From Patescibacteria group bacterium (GTDB lineage: Bacteria > Patescibacteriota > Patescibacteriia > JAXHNJ01), in contig JBAZMP010000001.1 in NCBI GenBank assembly GCA_041649715.1, forward strand, positions 375,287 through 434,637: a stretch of 59,351 bases of DNA, given 5' to 3'. Positions within the stretch are counted from its first letter, which is position 1. Every line of letters starts with the position of its first letter. The notes under the pieces were generated by a model that saw nothing but the letters and a program-made list of their open reading frames with translations, was not told the origin of the DNA and did not search any database. This document shows positions 47,375 to 54,942 of this stretch, in pieces. The position numbers and the translations under genes are program-made.

Positions 47375-47692
47375 AAAAAGGGAGAGTTTAAGTCCTCTCC
47401 CTTGGCGCAGAAGCTCTCTAGACCGCGTAAAGCTCGGGAATAGTTGAATTCCTCCCACTACCTGGGACTTTTTGAATTCTTCCCTCGCGATAACGGCGGG
47501 GTCAGCGGACCCGGGCGGTATTTCAAGTGGTCTGTGCGACTCCTTCCTGGCTGGCGCCAGAATTTCATAGTCTCCCGCCTATCCTACACTGGGCCTGCCT
47601 CTAGGCAGAGTTAATCAGCCGAGGGGCTCGAACCCTCCCACTGCCGTTTTTTGTTTCGGCAGATATGTCCCACCGAGGCTGTTTCTGCGCGT
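47375..47692 (-). ncRNA. unclassified structured RNA, copy 1 (~318 nt)
   Basis: It has its own promoter (47699..47726). The 5' GCGCAGAA (47683..47690) is complementary to TTCTGCGC (47405..47412). The terminator GGGAGAG-loop-CTCTCCC-T6 lies at 47374..47401. It is GC-rich relative to its surroundings and shares four conserved blocks with copy 2. Confidence 0.7.
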
Positions 47693-47698
47693 AAGGAT

Positions 47699-47726
47699 AT
47701 GTTAGCAGATGCCATATTTTTGTCAA
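47699..47726 (-). promoter_or_regulatory. promoter of ncRNA copy 1
   Basis: Minus strand reads TTGACA-16 nt-TAACAT. About 90 percent identical to the copy 2 promoter. Confidence 0.6.
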
Positions 47727-47752
47727 TATATAATACTTTTTGGCTGTAAGTA

Positions 47753-47780
47753 TTGACAAAAAAATAATATCTGTTAATAT
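47753..47780 (+). promoter_or_regulatory. divergent promoter of the 47832..48191 gene
   Basis: TTGACA-16 nt-TAATAT. The AAGGAGG RBS lies 6 nt before the ATG at 47832. Confidence 0.6.
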
Positions 47781-47831
47781 AAAGCATTCGCTGTTGGCTC
47801 GTATTTTTGTCTTGAACAATAAGGAGGGAAA

Positions 47832-48191
47832 ATGGAGCGCTCTTTAAAAAGAGTAAGATACGAGGGGATACGCCGTTCCGGAAGCGGCGAAGTAGATTAT
47901 GTCATTATCAACCGGCAATGCACTTTCAGCGCCCTCACCCGGGAAGCCACTTCAACGATAAACGTGGCGGAAAATGTTATCCGGGCGATAGCGGCCCAGG
48001 AAGGTATTTCGCCGAGTCGGCTGGAATTCTTCGACCTGCAGACTCATCGCGGCTACGATTCCAAGGAGCCAGGCGAACTCGAATACGATAGTTTGGTGGT
48101 CGATTACAGTAAAGATATCAGAGTAATCGATTGGATACCCTGTGTGTGTCCGGAAGAAATACAAGAACTTTTTGCCGAGCATATCGGTTAA
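47832..48191 (+). CDS. orphan 119-aa cytoplasmic protein
   Basis: Strong RBS, promoter and terminator. No family motif recognised. GC content is visibly higher than in the glycan genes. Confidence 0.7.
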   Translation: MERSLKRVRYEGIRRSGSGEVDYVIINRQCTFSALTREATSTINVAENVIRAIAAQEGISPSRLEFFDLQTHRGYDSKEPGELEYDSLVVDYSKDIRVIDWIPCVCPEEIQELFAEHIG

Positions 48192-48227
48192 TATCTTTCG
48201 AAGGCAGTAGTTCTTATCGATAAGACA

Positions 48228-48257
48228 GCGGTTCGCCCTTGGCGAACCGCTTTTTTT
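48228..48257 (+). terminator. intrinsic terminator of the 119-aa gene
   Basis: GCGGTTCGCC-CTT-GGCGAACCGC followed by TTTTTTT. Confidence 0.85.
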
Positions 48258-48261
48258 GTAG

Positions 48262-48301
48262 AAAAGAAAAACTGCTTGCTCACAAGATATTGAGCAAGCA
48301 G
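48262..48301 (-). terminator. intrinsic terminator of the minus-strand membrane-protein gene
   Basis: Minus strand reads CTGCTTGCTCA-8 nt-TGAGCAAGCAG followed by TTTTTCTTTTC. Confidence 0.8.
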
Positions 48302-48324
48302 TCGATTGTTTTGATTTAGCCGTG

Positions 48325-48657
48325 TCATCTATTTGGGTAATGGCTCAAATAGTAGCGCATTCTCCATTTTTTGTCGACGAGAGTAGCCAAATATAAGGCG
48401 GTAAGATAGCCATAGAGACAAATAGCAAGGATCGATAAGCCGAAAAATACTCCACATATAATGGTTATTCCGATAACTTCAAATTTGTATCGTTCACCAG
48501 TCAGTTCACATAACACGCCTATAATTAGGCTGATAATTAGGGCGACAACAGGCATGTGATTCGGCACATATTCGTTTATCCGTGGCAGGAAAAAGTTAAT
48601 GATCAGAAAAGTAGCCAATCCAAACGCTATCAGAAAAGCAATCCAACTCTTTTTCAC
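48325..48657 (-). CDS. orphan ~110-aa membrane protein (3-4 TM)
   Basis: AAAGGAGGTG RBS 4-7 nt before the GTG at 48657 (VKKSWIAFLIAFG...). The longer TTG-initiated ORF ending at 48696 lacks an RBS. Confidence 0.7.
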   Translation of the reverse strand: MKKSWIAFLIAFGLATFLIINFFLPRINEYVPNHMPVVALIISLIIGVLCELTGERYKFEVIGITIICGVFFGLSILAICLYGYLTALYLATLVDKKWRMRYYLSHYPNR

Positions 48658-48719
48658 GACACACCTCCTTTTATAATGGAATTCCTTAGATTTCAACTGA
48701 TTTAAATGTGCTATACTTT

Positions 48720-48747
48720 ATAGTACTCGAAGTTTAAATTTTGTCAA
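48720..48747 (-). promoter_or_regulatory. candidate promoter of the membrane-protein gene
   Basis: Minus strand reads TTGACA-16 nt-TACTAT, located between the copy 2 terminator and the RBS. Confidence 0.45.
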
Positions 48748-48765
48748 GAAGAAATTAAAAAAAGA

Positions 48766-49045
48766 AAAAAGGAAGAGTTTTTAGGTCCTCTCCCTTTACG
48801 TCGCAGAAGCTTTCCAGGCCGAGTAGAGTTTTTTACCAAAACCCCTTAAACTCAGACAGGTCGCAGATTAAAGGCGATATCGTACAATCTCCCCATTCTG
48901 ACGGCATAGGCGCCAGAATTCCCGCCACCGCGATATCGCGCTAACCTGCCCACCTTCCTTAGAAAGTTAATCAGCTCTATTGAGTCGTCAGACGGCCCGT
49001 CATTACCGTTGTTCATCTGACAGCCCTCAAGCCGTTTCTGCGCGT
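48766..49045 (-). ncRNA. unclassified structured RNA, copy 2 (~280 nt)
   Basis: It has its own promoter (49052..49079). The 5' GCGCAGAA (49036..49043) is complementary to TTCTGCG (48802..48808). The terminator is GGGAGAG-loop-CTCTTCC-T6 (48765..48796). It shares conserved blocks with copy 1. Confidence 0.7.
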
Positions 49046-49051
49046 ATGGAT

Positions 49052-49079
49052 ATATTAGCAGATGTATATTTTCTGTCAA
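49052..49079 (-). promoter_or_regulatory. promoter of ncRNA copy 2
   Basis: Minus strand reads TTGACA-16 nt-TAATAT. Confidence 0.65.
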
Positions 49080-49111
49080 ACAAAATAAACCGTTTTGTTT
49101 TGCGGTTATGA

Positions 49112-49221
49112 GTTTGGGCCAAGGGTATGGCGGCTAGTATGGTTATAAGGTTTGGGTTTGTCATTTTCTATAACTAAAACCATGCCCTCACCAGCCGCCA
49201 TAACCAGAACCAAGACCAAAC
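49112..49221. repeat. long imperfect palindrome / hairpin (~110 nt)
   Basis: TATGGCGGCT (49125..49134) pairs with AGCCGCCATA (49193..49202). The arms are flanked by further matches: ATGGTT/AACCAT and GTTTGG/CCAAAC. Confidence 0.55.
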
Positions 49222-49250
49222 CGATAAAAAAGGATTAGTTTTTAAAAATA

Positions 49251-50204
49251 TTATCTACCTAATTTCTTTTTCAACTCCCTTATCATCACTTCCGTCATCT
49301 TGGCTAAATCATATTCATGTTTCCAGCCCCAATCTTTTCTGGCCTGCGAATCGTCAATGGACTTGGGCCAGGAATCGGCAATGGCTTGCCGGAAATCAGG
49401 GGCGTAGGTGACTTTAAACTTTGGATAGTGTTTTTTTATTTCCTTAAAGACTTCTTGGGGCGTAAAGCTGACCGCCGCCAAATTATAGCTGGTCCGCACG
49501 CTTATTTTTTCTTTTGGCGCTTCCATCAGGTCAATGGTTGCTTTAACCGCGTCATCCATATACATCATCGGTAAAGCCGTGTCTTCCTTTAGAAAACACT
49601 CGTAATTATTGCCCTTTACCGCTTCGTAATAAATGGCGACCGCGTAATCCGTGGTCCCGCCGCCCGGTTCGGTTTTCCAGGAGATTACTCCCGGATACCT
49701 TAAGCTGCGGACATCCAAACCGAATTTATGAAAATAATATTGGCATAAAAGTTCGCCCGCCACTTTATTCAGGCCGTACATGGTGGTCGGCTCCAAGATC
49801 GTTCTCTGGGGGGTGCGGTCGCGGGGGGTCGTCGGGCCGAAAGCGGCGATGGAAGAAGGCCAAAAGACCTTTTCTACCTTATATTCCAAGGCCAGATCCA
49901 GGATATTTTTCAGGCCTTCAAGATTGACGCGCCAGGCAAGATTGGGATTTTTTTCGCCCGAAGCCGATAAAATGCCGGCCAGGTGGTAGATCGTGTTGAT
50001 ACGGTGTTTTTCCAGGACATTTCGGATCATTTCTTTGTCCGTGACGTCGACAATTTCGCCATGCCCGTATTTTAGGAGCTCGGGCGTCAGCTGTTTATCG
50101 AGGAAGCCCAGAACTATATTCTCTGGTCCGTGTTTTTTGTGCAAAACGGGCACGAGCTCCGAGCCGATTTGGCCGGCCGTGCCGGTAATCAATATTTTTT
50201 CCAT
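49251..50204 (-). CDS. tdh: L-threonine 3-dehydrogenase, SDR (UDP-glucose 4-epimerase-like) type
   Basis: ILITGTAGQIGSEL, PGGGTTDYAVAIYYEA, LPMMYMDDAV and FRQAIADSWPKSIDDSQARKDWGW match the short-chain LTDH family as I know it. Its pathway partner kbl lies 4 kb away. Confidence 0.8.
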   Translation of the reverse strand: MEKILITGTAGQIGSELVPVLHKKHGPENIVLGFLDKQLTPELLKYGHGEIVDVTDKEMIRNVLEKHRINTIYHLAGILSASGEKNPNLAWRVNLEGLKNILDLALEYKVEKVFWPSSIAAFGPTTPRDRTPQRTILEPTTMYGLNKVAGELLCQYYFHKFGLDVRSLRYPGVISWKTEPGGGTTDYAVAIYYEAVKGNNYECFLKEDTALPMMYMDDAVKATIDLMEAPKEKISVRTSYNLAAVSFTPQEVFKEIKKHYPKFKVTYAPDFRQAIADSWPKSIDDSQARKDWGWKHEYDLAKMTEVMIRELKKKLGR

Positions 50205-50294
50205 GTTTTTGCGTTGTTAAGAATAATTGTTTATTATAGTTTAGCGTATTTTTCTTTTTGACACAAGAATAAATTGGTAATAAAATAACATCAT

Positions 50295-51008
50295 ATGAAA
50301 GGGGTTATTTTGGCGGGTGGAAGCGGTTCGCGGCTCCACCCTTTAACAAAAGTGACCAATAAACATTTATTGCCGGTTTACAATAAGCCGATGATTTATT
50401 ATCCCCTTTATACTTTAATAAACGCCGGCTTAAAAGATATTTTGATAGTTTCCGGGCCTGGCCACGCCGGTCATTTTCTTAACCTCTTGGGTTCGGGCAA
50501 GGAATTTGGCGTTCATTTGACTTATGAAATCCAGGAAGAGGCCGGGGGGATTGCCCAAGCCCTGGGACTGGCTTCCGACTTTGCCGATGAAGGCAATATC
50601 GCTGTTATCTTGGGCGATAATATATTCGAAGATAATTTTGTTCAGGAAATAAAAGGTTTTGCTGATCGGGGGGCGATGGTTTTTCTGAAGGAGGTATCCG
50701 ATCCGGAAAGATTTGGGGTGGCCACCGTTGAACAAGACAAAATCGTAAAAATTATGGAAAAGCCAAAAGAGCCCGAGACGAATTACGCGGTGACGGGCTT
50801 GTATCTTTATGATCATGAAGTTTTTAATGCAATAAAAACCCTTAAGCCTTCCGCCCGGGGGGAGTTGGAGATTACTGATGTCAATAATTATTACATCAGC
50901 CGGGACTTAATGAAGTATTCTTTGGTCAAGGGAGCCTGGACAGACGCCGGGACTTTTGATTCTCTTTTGCGGGCGAATAATCAGGTGGCTAAAAATAAAA
51001 ATTATTAA
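50295..51008 (+). CDS. rfbA: sugar-1-phosphate nucleotidylyltransferase, short RmlA-like (glucose-1-phosphate thymidylyltransferase candidate)
   Basis: MKGVILAGGSGSRLHPLTKVTNKHLLPVYNKPMIYYPL, plus EKPKEP and GLY.YD blocks. Confidence 0.8.
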   Translation: MKGVILAGGSGSRLHPLTKVTNKHLLPVYNKPMIYYPLYTLINAGLKDILIVSGPGHAGHFLNLLGSGKEFGVHLTYEIQEEAGGIAQALGLASDFADEGNIAVILGDNIFEDNFVQEIKGFADRGAMVFLKEVSDPERFGVATVEQDKIVKIMEKPKEPETNYAVTGLYLYDHEVFNAIKTLKPSARGELEITDVNNYYISRDLMKYSLVKGAWTDAGTFDSLLRANNQVAKNKNY

Positions 51009-51012
51009 TCTC

Positions 51013-52344
51013 TTAATATTTCAGGCTATAGAGACCATTTTGCTGTTTTTGGTCGTTTTTTAGGCTGAATAATAATTGGCCATTGATGGTCGGCGGGATC
51101 GCGGCTACTTGGCCGTTTGTAAGGAATAATTCGTGGTAATTGATCGTGCTTCTTTGGTCGGTTTCCTGGGCGATAAGGTGATTATTGTTAAAATTAATCA
51201 GGATATAATCGCTGTTTATCAGCCAGAAGGCTTGACTTATTGTCTCAGCCGATCGGACCAGCAAGGCGTTTTCTTGGGTTTTTAGCTCATAAATCCAGAG
51301 CTCAAATTCATTGAAGTAGAGCAGCTTTTTCTTATCGGGCGAAAGCTGGGCCGCCGTCATTTTGTGGTCGATTTCTTGGCAGGGATTTTCCGCGCCCGCC
51401 TGACAGAGATAAAAGAAGTTTTTGCCTTTTACCAGAAAAGACTGGTCGTTTAATTTTTCAAAAGAATAATTCCCTTTTGGCAGGGAAAAAACATTTTTTT
51501 CTTCCTGATTATTGGTGTTTATCGATTTGAGATTAGTCGCTGTTTCGGATGACTGAAGGGCAAAAATAAGATCGTTCTGAAAAGAAAGGTCGTCAAATTT
51601 TTCCGGACTAAATTTATTGATACTGTTTTCAGAAGGATTTATCTGGTAAATGTTGTTTTCCCCAAGACCCCAGAGTGTATGGTTTTTGCCGCTGATTAAA
51701 GAGGTGAACTTTAACGAGCTAATTTCTGACAGTCCTTTTATGGTCGAAGAAGAAGGAGTAATAAAAAGATAATCGGGGACACCGCCGCTTTGTTTTTCTG
51801 CGAAAAGATTTTCACCCCACCATTTAAGTTGTTCAACTTTGGCCGGCAGAGTCGTGATATTGGTTGAGCCATCGGACAATTTTTTAAGGTAAAGATTGGT
51901 ATTTTTTTCGGTCGTGACGAGAAAGGCTAAAAATTGGCCGTCCGGGGACATTACGCTCTCCTGAAGATCGACGGCCGGCGTTAGGGCGGTCAGTTTGGGC
52001 TTGTTTTTAAATAGGTAAATATTCTCGGCAAAAGTGGTGTAATTCGCATAAATATTGAGGTTTTTCCGCCAGTTTTGATAGCCGGTTTTTTTGATCTCAA
52101 GGTTGTATTCGCCCGGTCTGAGATTGGAGATTTTTGCCGGGGTCCTTTTTTTTGTCAATTCGCCGTTAATATAAATATCCGCGTTGCGGGGGTACGAATC
52201 GACAACGCAAACCCCTGTCTTTGTGAATTTTCGTTCAGAAAACTGAAAAATACGGCCGCTGGCATAAAAAAGCAGCAGGGGAGCGGAAAGCAGGAAGAAC
52301 AGACAGAGACTGAGGTAGAAAAAACGACGTTGTTTAACGTTCAT
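51013..52344 (-). CDS. PEGA-domain protein with N-terminal TM anchor and beta-propeller-like C-region
   Basis: TM helix FYLSLCLFFLLSAPLLLFY. PEGA-like segment SYPRNADIYINGELTKKRTPAKISNLRPGEYNLEIKKTGYQNW. Confidence 0.7.
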   Translation of the reverse strand: MNVKQRRFFYLSLCLFFLLSAPLLLFYASGRIFQFSERKFTKTGVCVVDSYPRNADIYINGELTKKRTPAKISNLRPGEYNLEIKKTGYQNWRKNLNIYANYTTFAENIYLFKNKPKLTALTPAVDLQESVMSPDGQFLAFLVTTEKNTNLYLKKLSDGSTNITTLPAKVEQLKWWGENLFAEKQSGGVPDYLFITPSSSTIKGLSEISSLKFTSLISGKNHTLWGLGENNIYQINPSENSINKFSPEKFDDLSFQNDLIFALQSSETATNLKSINTNNQEEKNVFSLPKGNYSFEKLNDQSFLVKGKNFFYLCQAGAENPCQEIDHKMTAAQLSPDKKKLLYFNEFELWIYELKTQENALLVRSAETISQAFWLINSDYILINFNNNHLIAQETDQRSTINYHELFLTNGQVAAIPPTINGQLLFSLKNDQKQQNGLYSLKY

Positions 52345-52399
52345 TTTTGACTTAATTCCGATTTAAGGTTAAAATAAGAGAAATTAATCATAGTATTTT

Positions 52400-53656
52400 A
52401 TGTCAAAATTTATCATTAAGGGCGGCTATAAGTTGGCCGGGGAAATCGAAGTAAAGGGGATGAAAAATGCGGCCACGCCGGTTTTGTCCGCCACCCTTTT
52501 AACCGATGAAACCTGTGAAATCGGCCGCTTACCCGACATCCTGGACGTGAGAGCGATCTTAGATATCATGGAAAGCTTGGGGGCGAAGATAAACAGGAAA
52601 AAGGGACGGGTGGAGATTAACGCCCGGGAAGCCAATATTTTAGCCCTTGATAAAAATAAAGTTCAGGCGATGCGTTCCTCGATTTTGTTGCTGGCTCCCC
52701 TTCTGGCAAGATTTAAAAAGGTTAAAATTCCGTCCCCCGGCGGCTGCATTATCGGTAACCGCCCAATTGACACCCACTTGTATGTTTTTAAAAAACTCGG
52801 CGCCCAAATAATCAAGGAAGGGGACGAATATAGCCTTTCCTGTCCGCAGCTTAAAGGGGCTAATATCATTCTACCAGAATTTTCGGTGACCGCAACTGAA
52901 AACGCCTTGATGGCGGCGGTTTGCGCTTCCGGCGAAACGGTCATAAAAATGGCGGCGGCCGAACCCCACGTTCAGGATTTAGCCGTTTTTCTTGGTAAAA
53001 TGGGGGCGAAAATCGAAGGGGCGGGAACGCACACGATCAAAATAAAAGGCGTAAAAAAACTTCATGGTGTCAGTCACGAAATTATACCCGACCAGATCGA
53101 GGTGGGAACTTTCGCCGTGGCAGCAGCGGCGACTCACAGCGAAATATTAATCAAGAATGTCGTGCCCGAACATTTGGACATTATTCTTGTTAAATTAAGC
53201 GAGATAGGGGTTAAGTATGAACTGGGGCCCGATTATCTGAGGATATTGCCCTCCACGGGTTACCGCGCTTTTAAACTCCAATCCTTGCCTTACCCGGGAT
53301 TTCCCACCGATTTGCAGGCCCCCTTTTCCATCCTGGCCACGCAGGCCAAGGGGACCAGCCTTATCCATGATCCTCTTTTCGAAGCCAGGCTTAGTCATAT
53401 CCAAGAGCTTATCAAAATGGGAGCAAATGCGGTCATTTGCGACCCCCATCGAGTTCTCATTTCCGGCCCCACTCCTCTTTTTGGCCAGGAAATAAAAAGT
53501 CCAGATTTAAGGGCGGGAGCGACCCTTATTATTGCCGGTTTAATCGCCAATGGAATTACGGAAATATCGCAAGCCGAAATAATTGATCGAGGCTACGAAC
53601 AGATTGAAACGCGGCTGAGCCGGCTGGGGGCGAAAATAGAAAGGATAAATGATTGA
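52400..53656 (+). CDS. murA: UDP-N-acetylglucosamine 1-carboxyvinyltransferase
   Basis: Full-length MurA-like protein: KNAATPVLSATLL, the catalytic-loop region PGGCIIGNRPID, and PYPGFPTDLQAPF. Confidence 0.95.
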   Translation: MSKFIIKGGYKLAGEIEVKGMKNAATPVLSATLLTDETCEIGRLPDILDVRAILDIMESLGAKINRKKGRVEINAREANILALDKNKVQAMRSSILLLAPLLARFKKVKIPSPGGCIIGNRPIDTHLYVFKKLGAQIIKEGDEYSLSCPQLKGANIILPEFSVTATENALMAAVCASGETVIKMAAAEPHVQDLAVFLGKMGAKIEGAGTHTIKIKGVKKLHGVSHEIIPDQIEVGTFAVAAAATHSEILIKNVVPEHLDIILVKLSEIGVKYELGPDYLRILPSTGYRAFKLQSLPYPGFPTDLQAPFSILATQAKGTSLIHDPLFEARLSHIQELIKMGANAVICDPHRVLISGPTPLFGQEIKSPDLRAGATLIIAGLIANGITEISQAEIIDRGYEQIETRLSRLGAKIERIND

Positions 53657-53658
53657 AA

Positions 53659-54918
53659 ATGCTGAATCAATCGCCAGAAAATAAATCAAACGCCAAAAAG
53701 ACTTTTGCCGTGGTTTTGGTTTTATCCGTGTTGCTAAGTTTTTTTATCGGTCTGTTTTTAGGTTTTTGGCAGGGGGCAAAAACCACCCCGGCCATGTCTT
53801 TGACAGAATTTATCCAGAACTACGCTACTAGTAAAAAACAAATTGATTTTTCTCTTTTTGAAGAGGTCTGGCAGGAGGTTAAGAATAAATATGTCGAACA
53901 GCCGGTAGACGAAAAAAAACTTTTTTACGGCGCTTTAACCGGCCTTGTCGCTTCTCTGGGCGATCCTTATTCCAGTTTTCTTGATCCGGAGCTGACCAAG
54001 ACTTTCGAGGATGAGTTCGAGGGCAGCTTTGAGGGTATTGGCGCGGAGATCGGCCTAAAAAGTGATAAGCTGATGATTATTGCCCCTCTGCCGAGTTCGC
54101 CGGCGGAAAAAGCCGGTCTAAAGCCCCAAGACCAAATTTTGCAGATAAACGGGACGGAAACAACCGGAATGACTTTGGATTATGCCACTTCTCTTATACG
54201 GGGCAAGCAGGGCACGGAAGTGACGCTGTTGATTCTTTCGGAAGGCGCCGCTGATTCAAGGAATGTCGTCATAAAAAGAGACAAGATAAAAGTGCAAAGC
54301 GTCGAATATAAAGTTAAGTCAGCCGGACAAGACGGAGCCGTAAAAATCGGCAGCATAGAATTAACGACTTTCGGCGACGACACGGAAAATGGTTTTAAAA
54401 ATGCTGCCCAATATCTGATCGGTCAGGGGGTCAGCGGTTTTATCTTGGATTTAAGAAATAATCCCGGCGGTTACCTGGAAACAGCCGTTTCCGTCGCTTC
54501 TCAATTTGTGGAAAGCGGACCCATTGTCATTGAGGAGTTTTCTAATCAGGGGAAAAAAAATTATGAAGCGACCGGCGGAGCGGTTCTGGCGGATTATCCG
54601 GTCGTGGTATTAATTAACGAGGGAACGGCCTCTGCTTCTGAGATTGTCGCTGGCGCCTTGCATGATTATGAAAAGGCTGTTTTGATCGGCGAAAAATCGT
54701 TCGGCAAAGGCTCGGTCCAGGAATATCAGGTATTGCCCGACGGATCTTCCCTGAAAATAACAACGGCCAAGTGGCTGACGCCCAAGGGTACGTCCATCAA
54801 CGAAGAGGGCATTGAGCCGGATATCAAGGTTGAACTGACTGAAGAAGATTTTAATAATGATAAAGATCCCCAGATTGATAAGGCAATAGAAATTATTTTG
54901 GAAAAAATACAGAATTAA
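53659..54918 (+). CDS. S41 carboxy-terminal processing peptidase with PDZ domain
   Basis: PDZ segment SPAEKAGLKPQDQILQINGT. LDLRNNPGGYL, NEGTASASEIVAGAL and GEKSFGKGSVQ are present. An alternative TTG start lies at 53653. Confidence 0.9.
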   Translation: MLNQSPENKSNAKKTFAVVLVLSVLLSFFIGLFLGFWQGAKTTPAMSLTEFIQNYATSKKQIDFSLFEEVWQEVKNKYVEQPVDEKKLFYGALTGLVASLGDPYSSFLDPELTKTFEDEFEGSFEGIGAEIGLKSDKLMIIAPLPSSPAEKAGLKPQDQILQINGTETTGMTLDYATSLIRGKQGTEVTLLILSEGAADSRNVVIKRDKIKVQSVEYKVKSAGQDGAVKIGSIELTTFGDDTENGFKNAAQYLIGQGVSGFILDLRNNPGGYLETAVSVASQFVESGPIVIEEFSNQGKKNYEATGGAVLADYPVVVLINEGTASASEIVAGALHDYEKAVLIGEKSFGKGSVQEYQVLPDGSSLKITTAKWLTPKGTSINEEGIEPDIKVELTEEDFNNDKDPQIDKAIEIILEKIQN

Positions 54919-54942
54919 TAATTAAAGACAATGTATCAAGTT

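Noticed and set aside
47614-47683. A genuine tRNA gene on the minus strand
   Set aside because: It has a perfect T-arm but no D-stem. The anticodon-arm equivalent has a 6-bp stem with a 10-nt loop, the acceptor has a mismatch and no CCA, and the segment is embedded in a longer RNA closed by a distal helix.
47601-47819. 72-aa minus-strand ORF overlapping RNA copy 1 and its promoter
   Set aside because: It starts upstream of the -35 box and has no RBS. Its only similarity to the 48852..49079 ORF (YPYAQK...) comes from the conserved RNA 5' block, and the reading frame similarity is lost beyond it. The region is better explained as a promoter plus structured RNA.
48766-49045. RNA copy 2 as a riboswitch or attenuator leader of the downstream membrane-protein gene
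   Set aside because: A separate TTGACA-16-TACTAT promoter and a strong RBS lie between the RNA terminator and the gene. The paralogous copy 1 has no downstream gene at all because it faces the 3' end of the protease gene. I saw no T-box, B12-box or other riboswitch core motifs. The idea is not fully excluded.
48852-49079. 75-aa minus-strand ORF overlapping RNA copy 2
   Set aside because: Its start codon is the TTG of the TTGACA -35 box, and it has no RBS. Conservation with copy 1 falls in discrete nucleotide blocks rather than along a reading frame.
49088-49107. Small hairpin AACCG-10 nt-CGGTT as the tdh terminator
   Set aside because: It has only a 5-bp stem and a weak T-tract on the minus strand, and it lies about 145 nt from the tdh stop. 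That is too weak to call.
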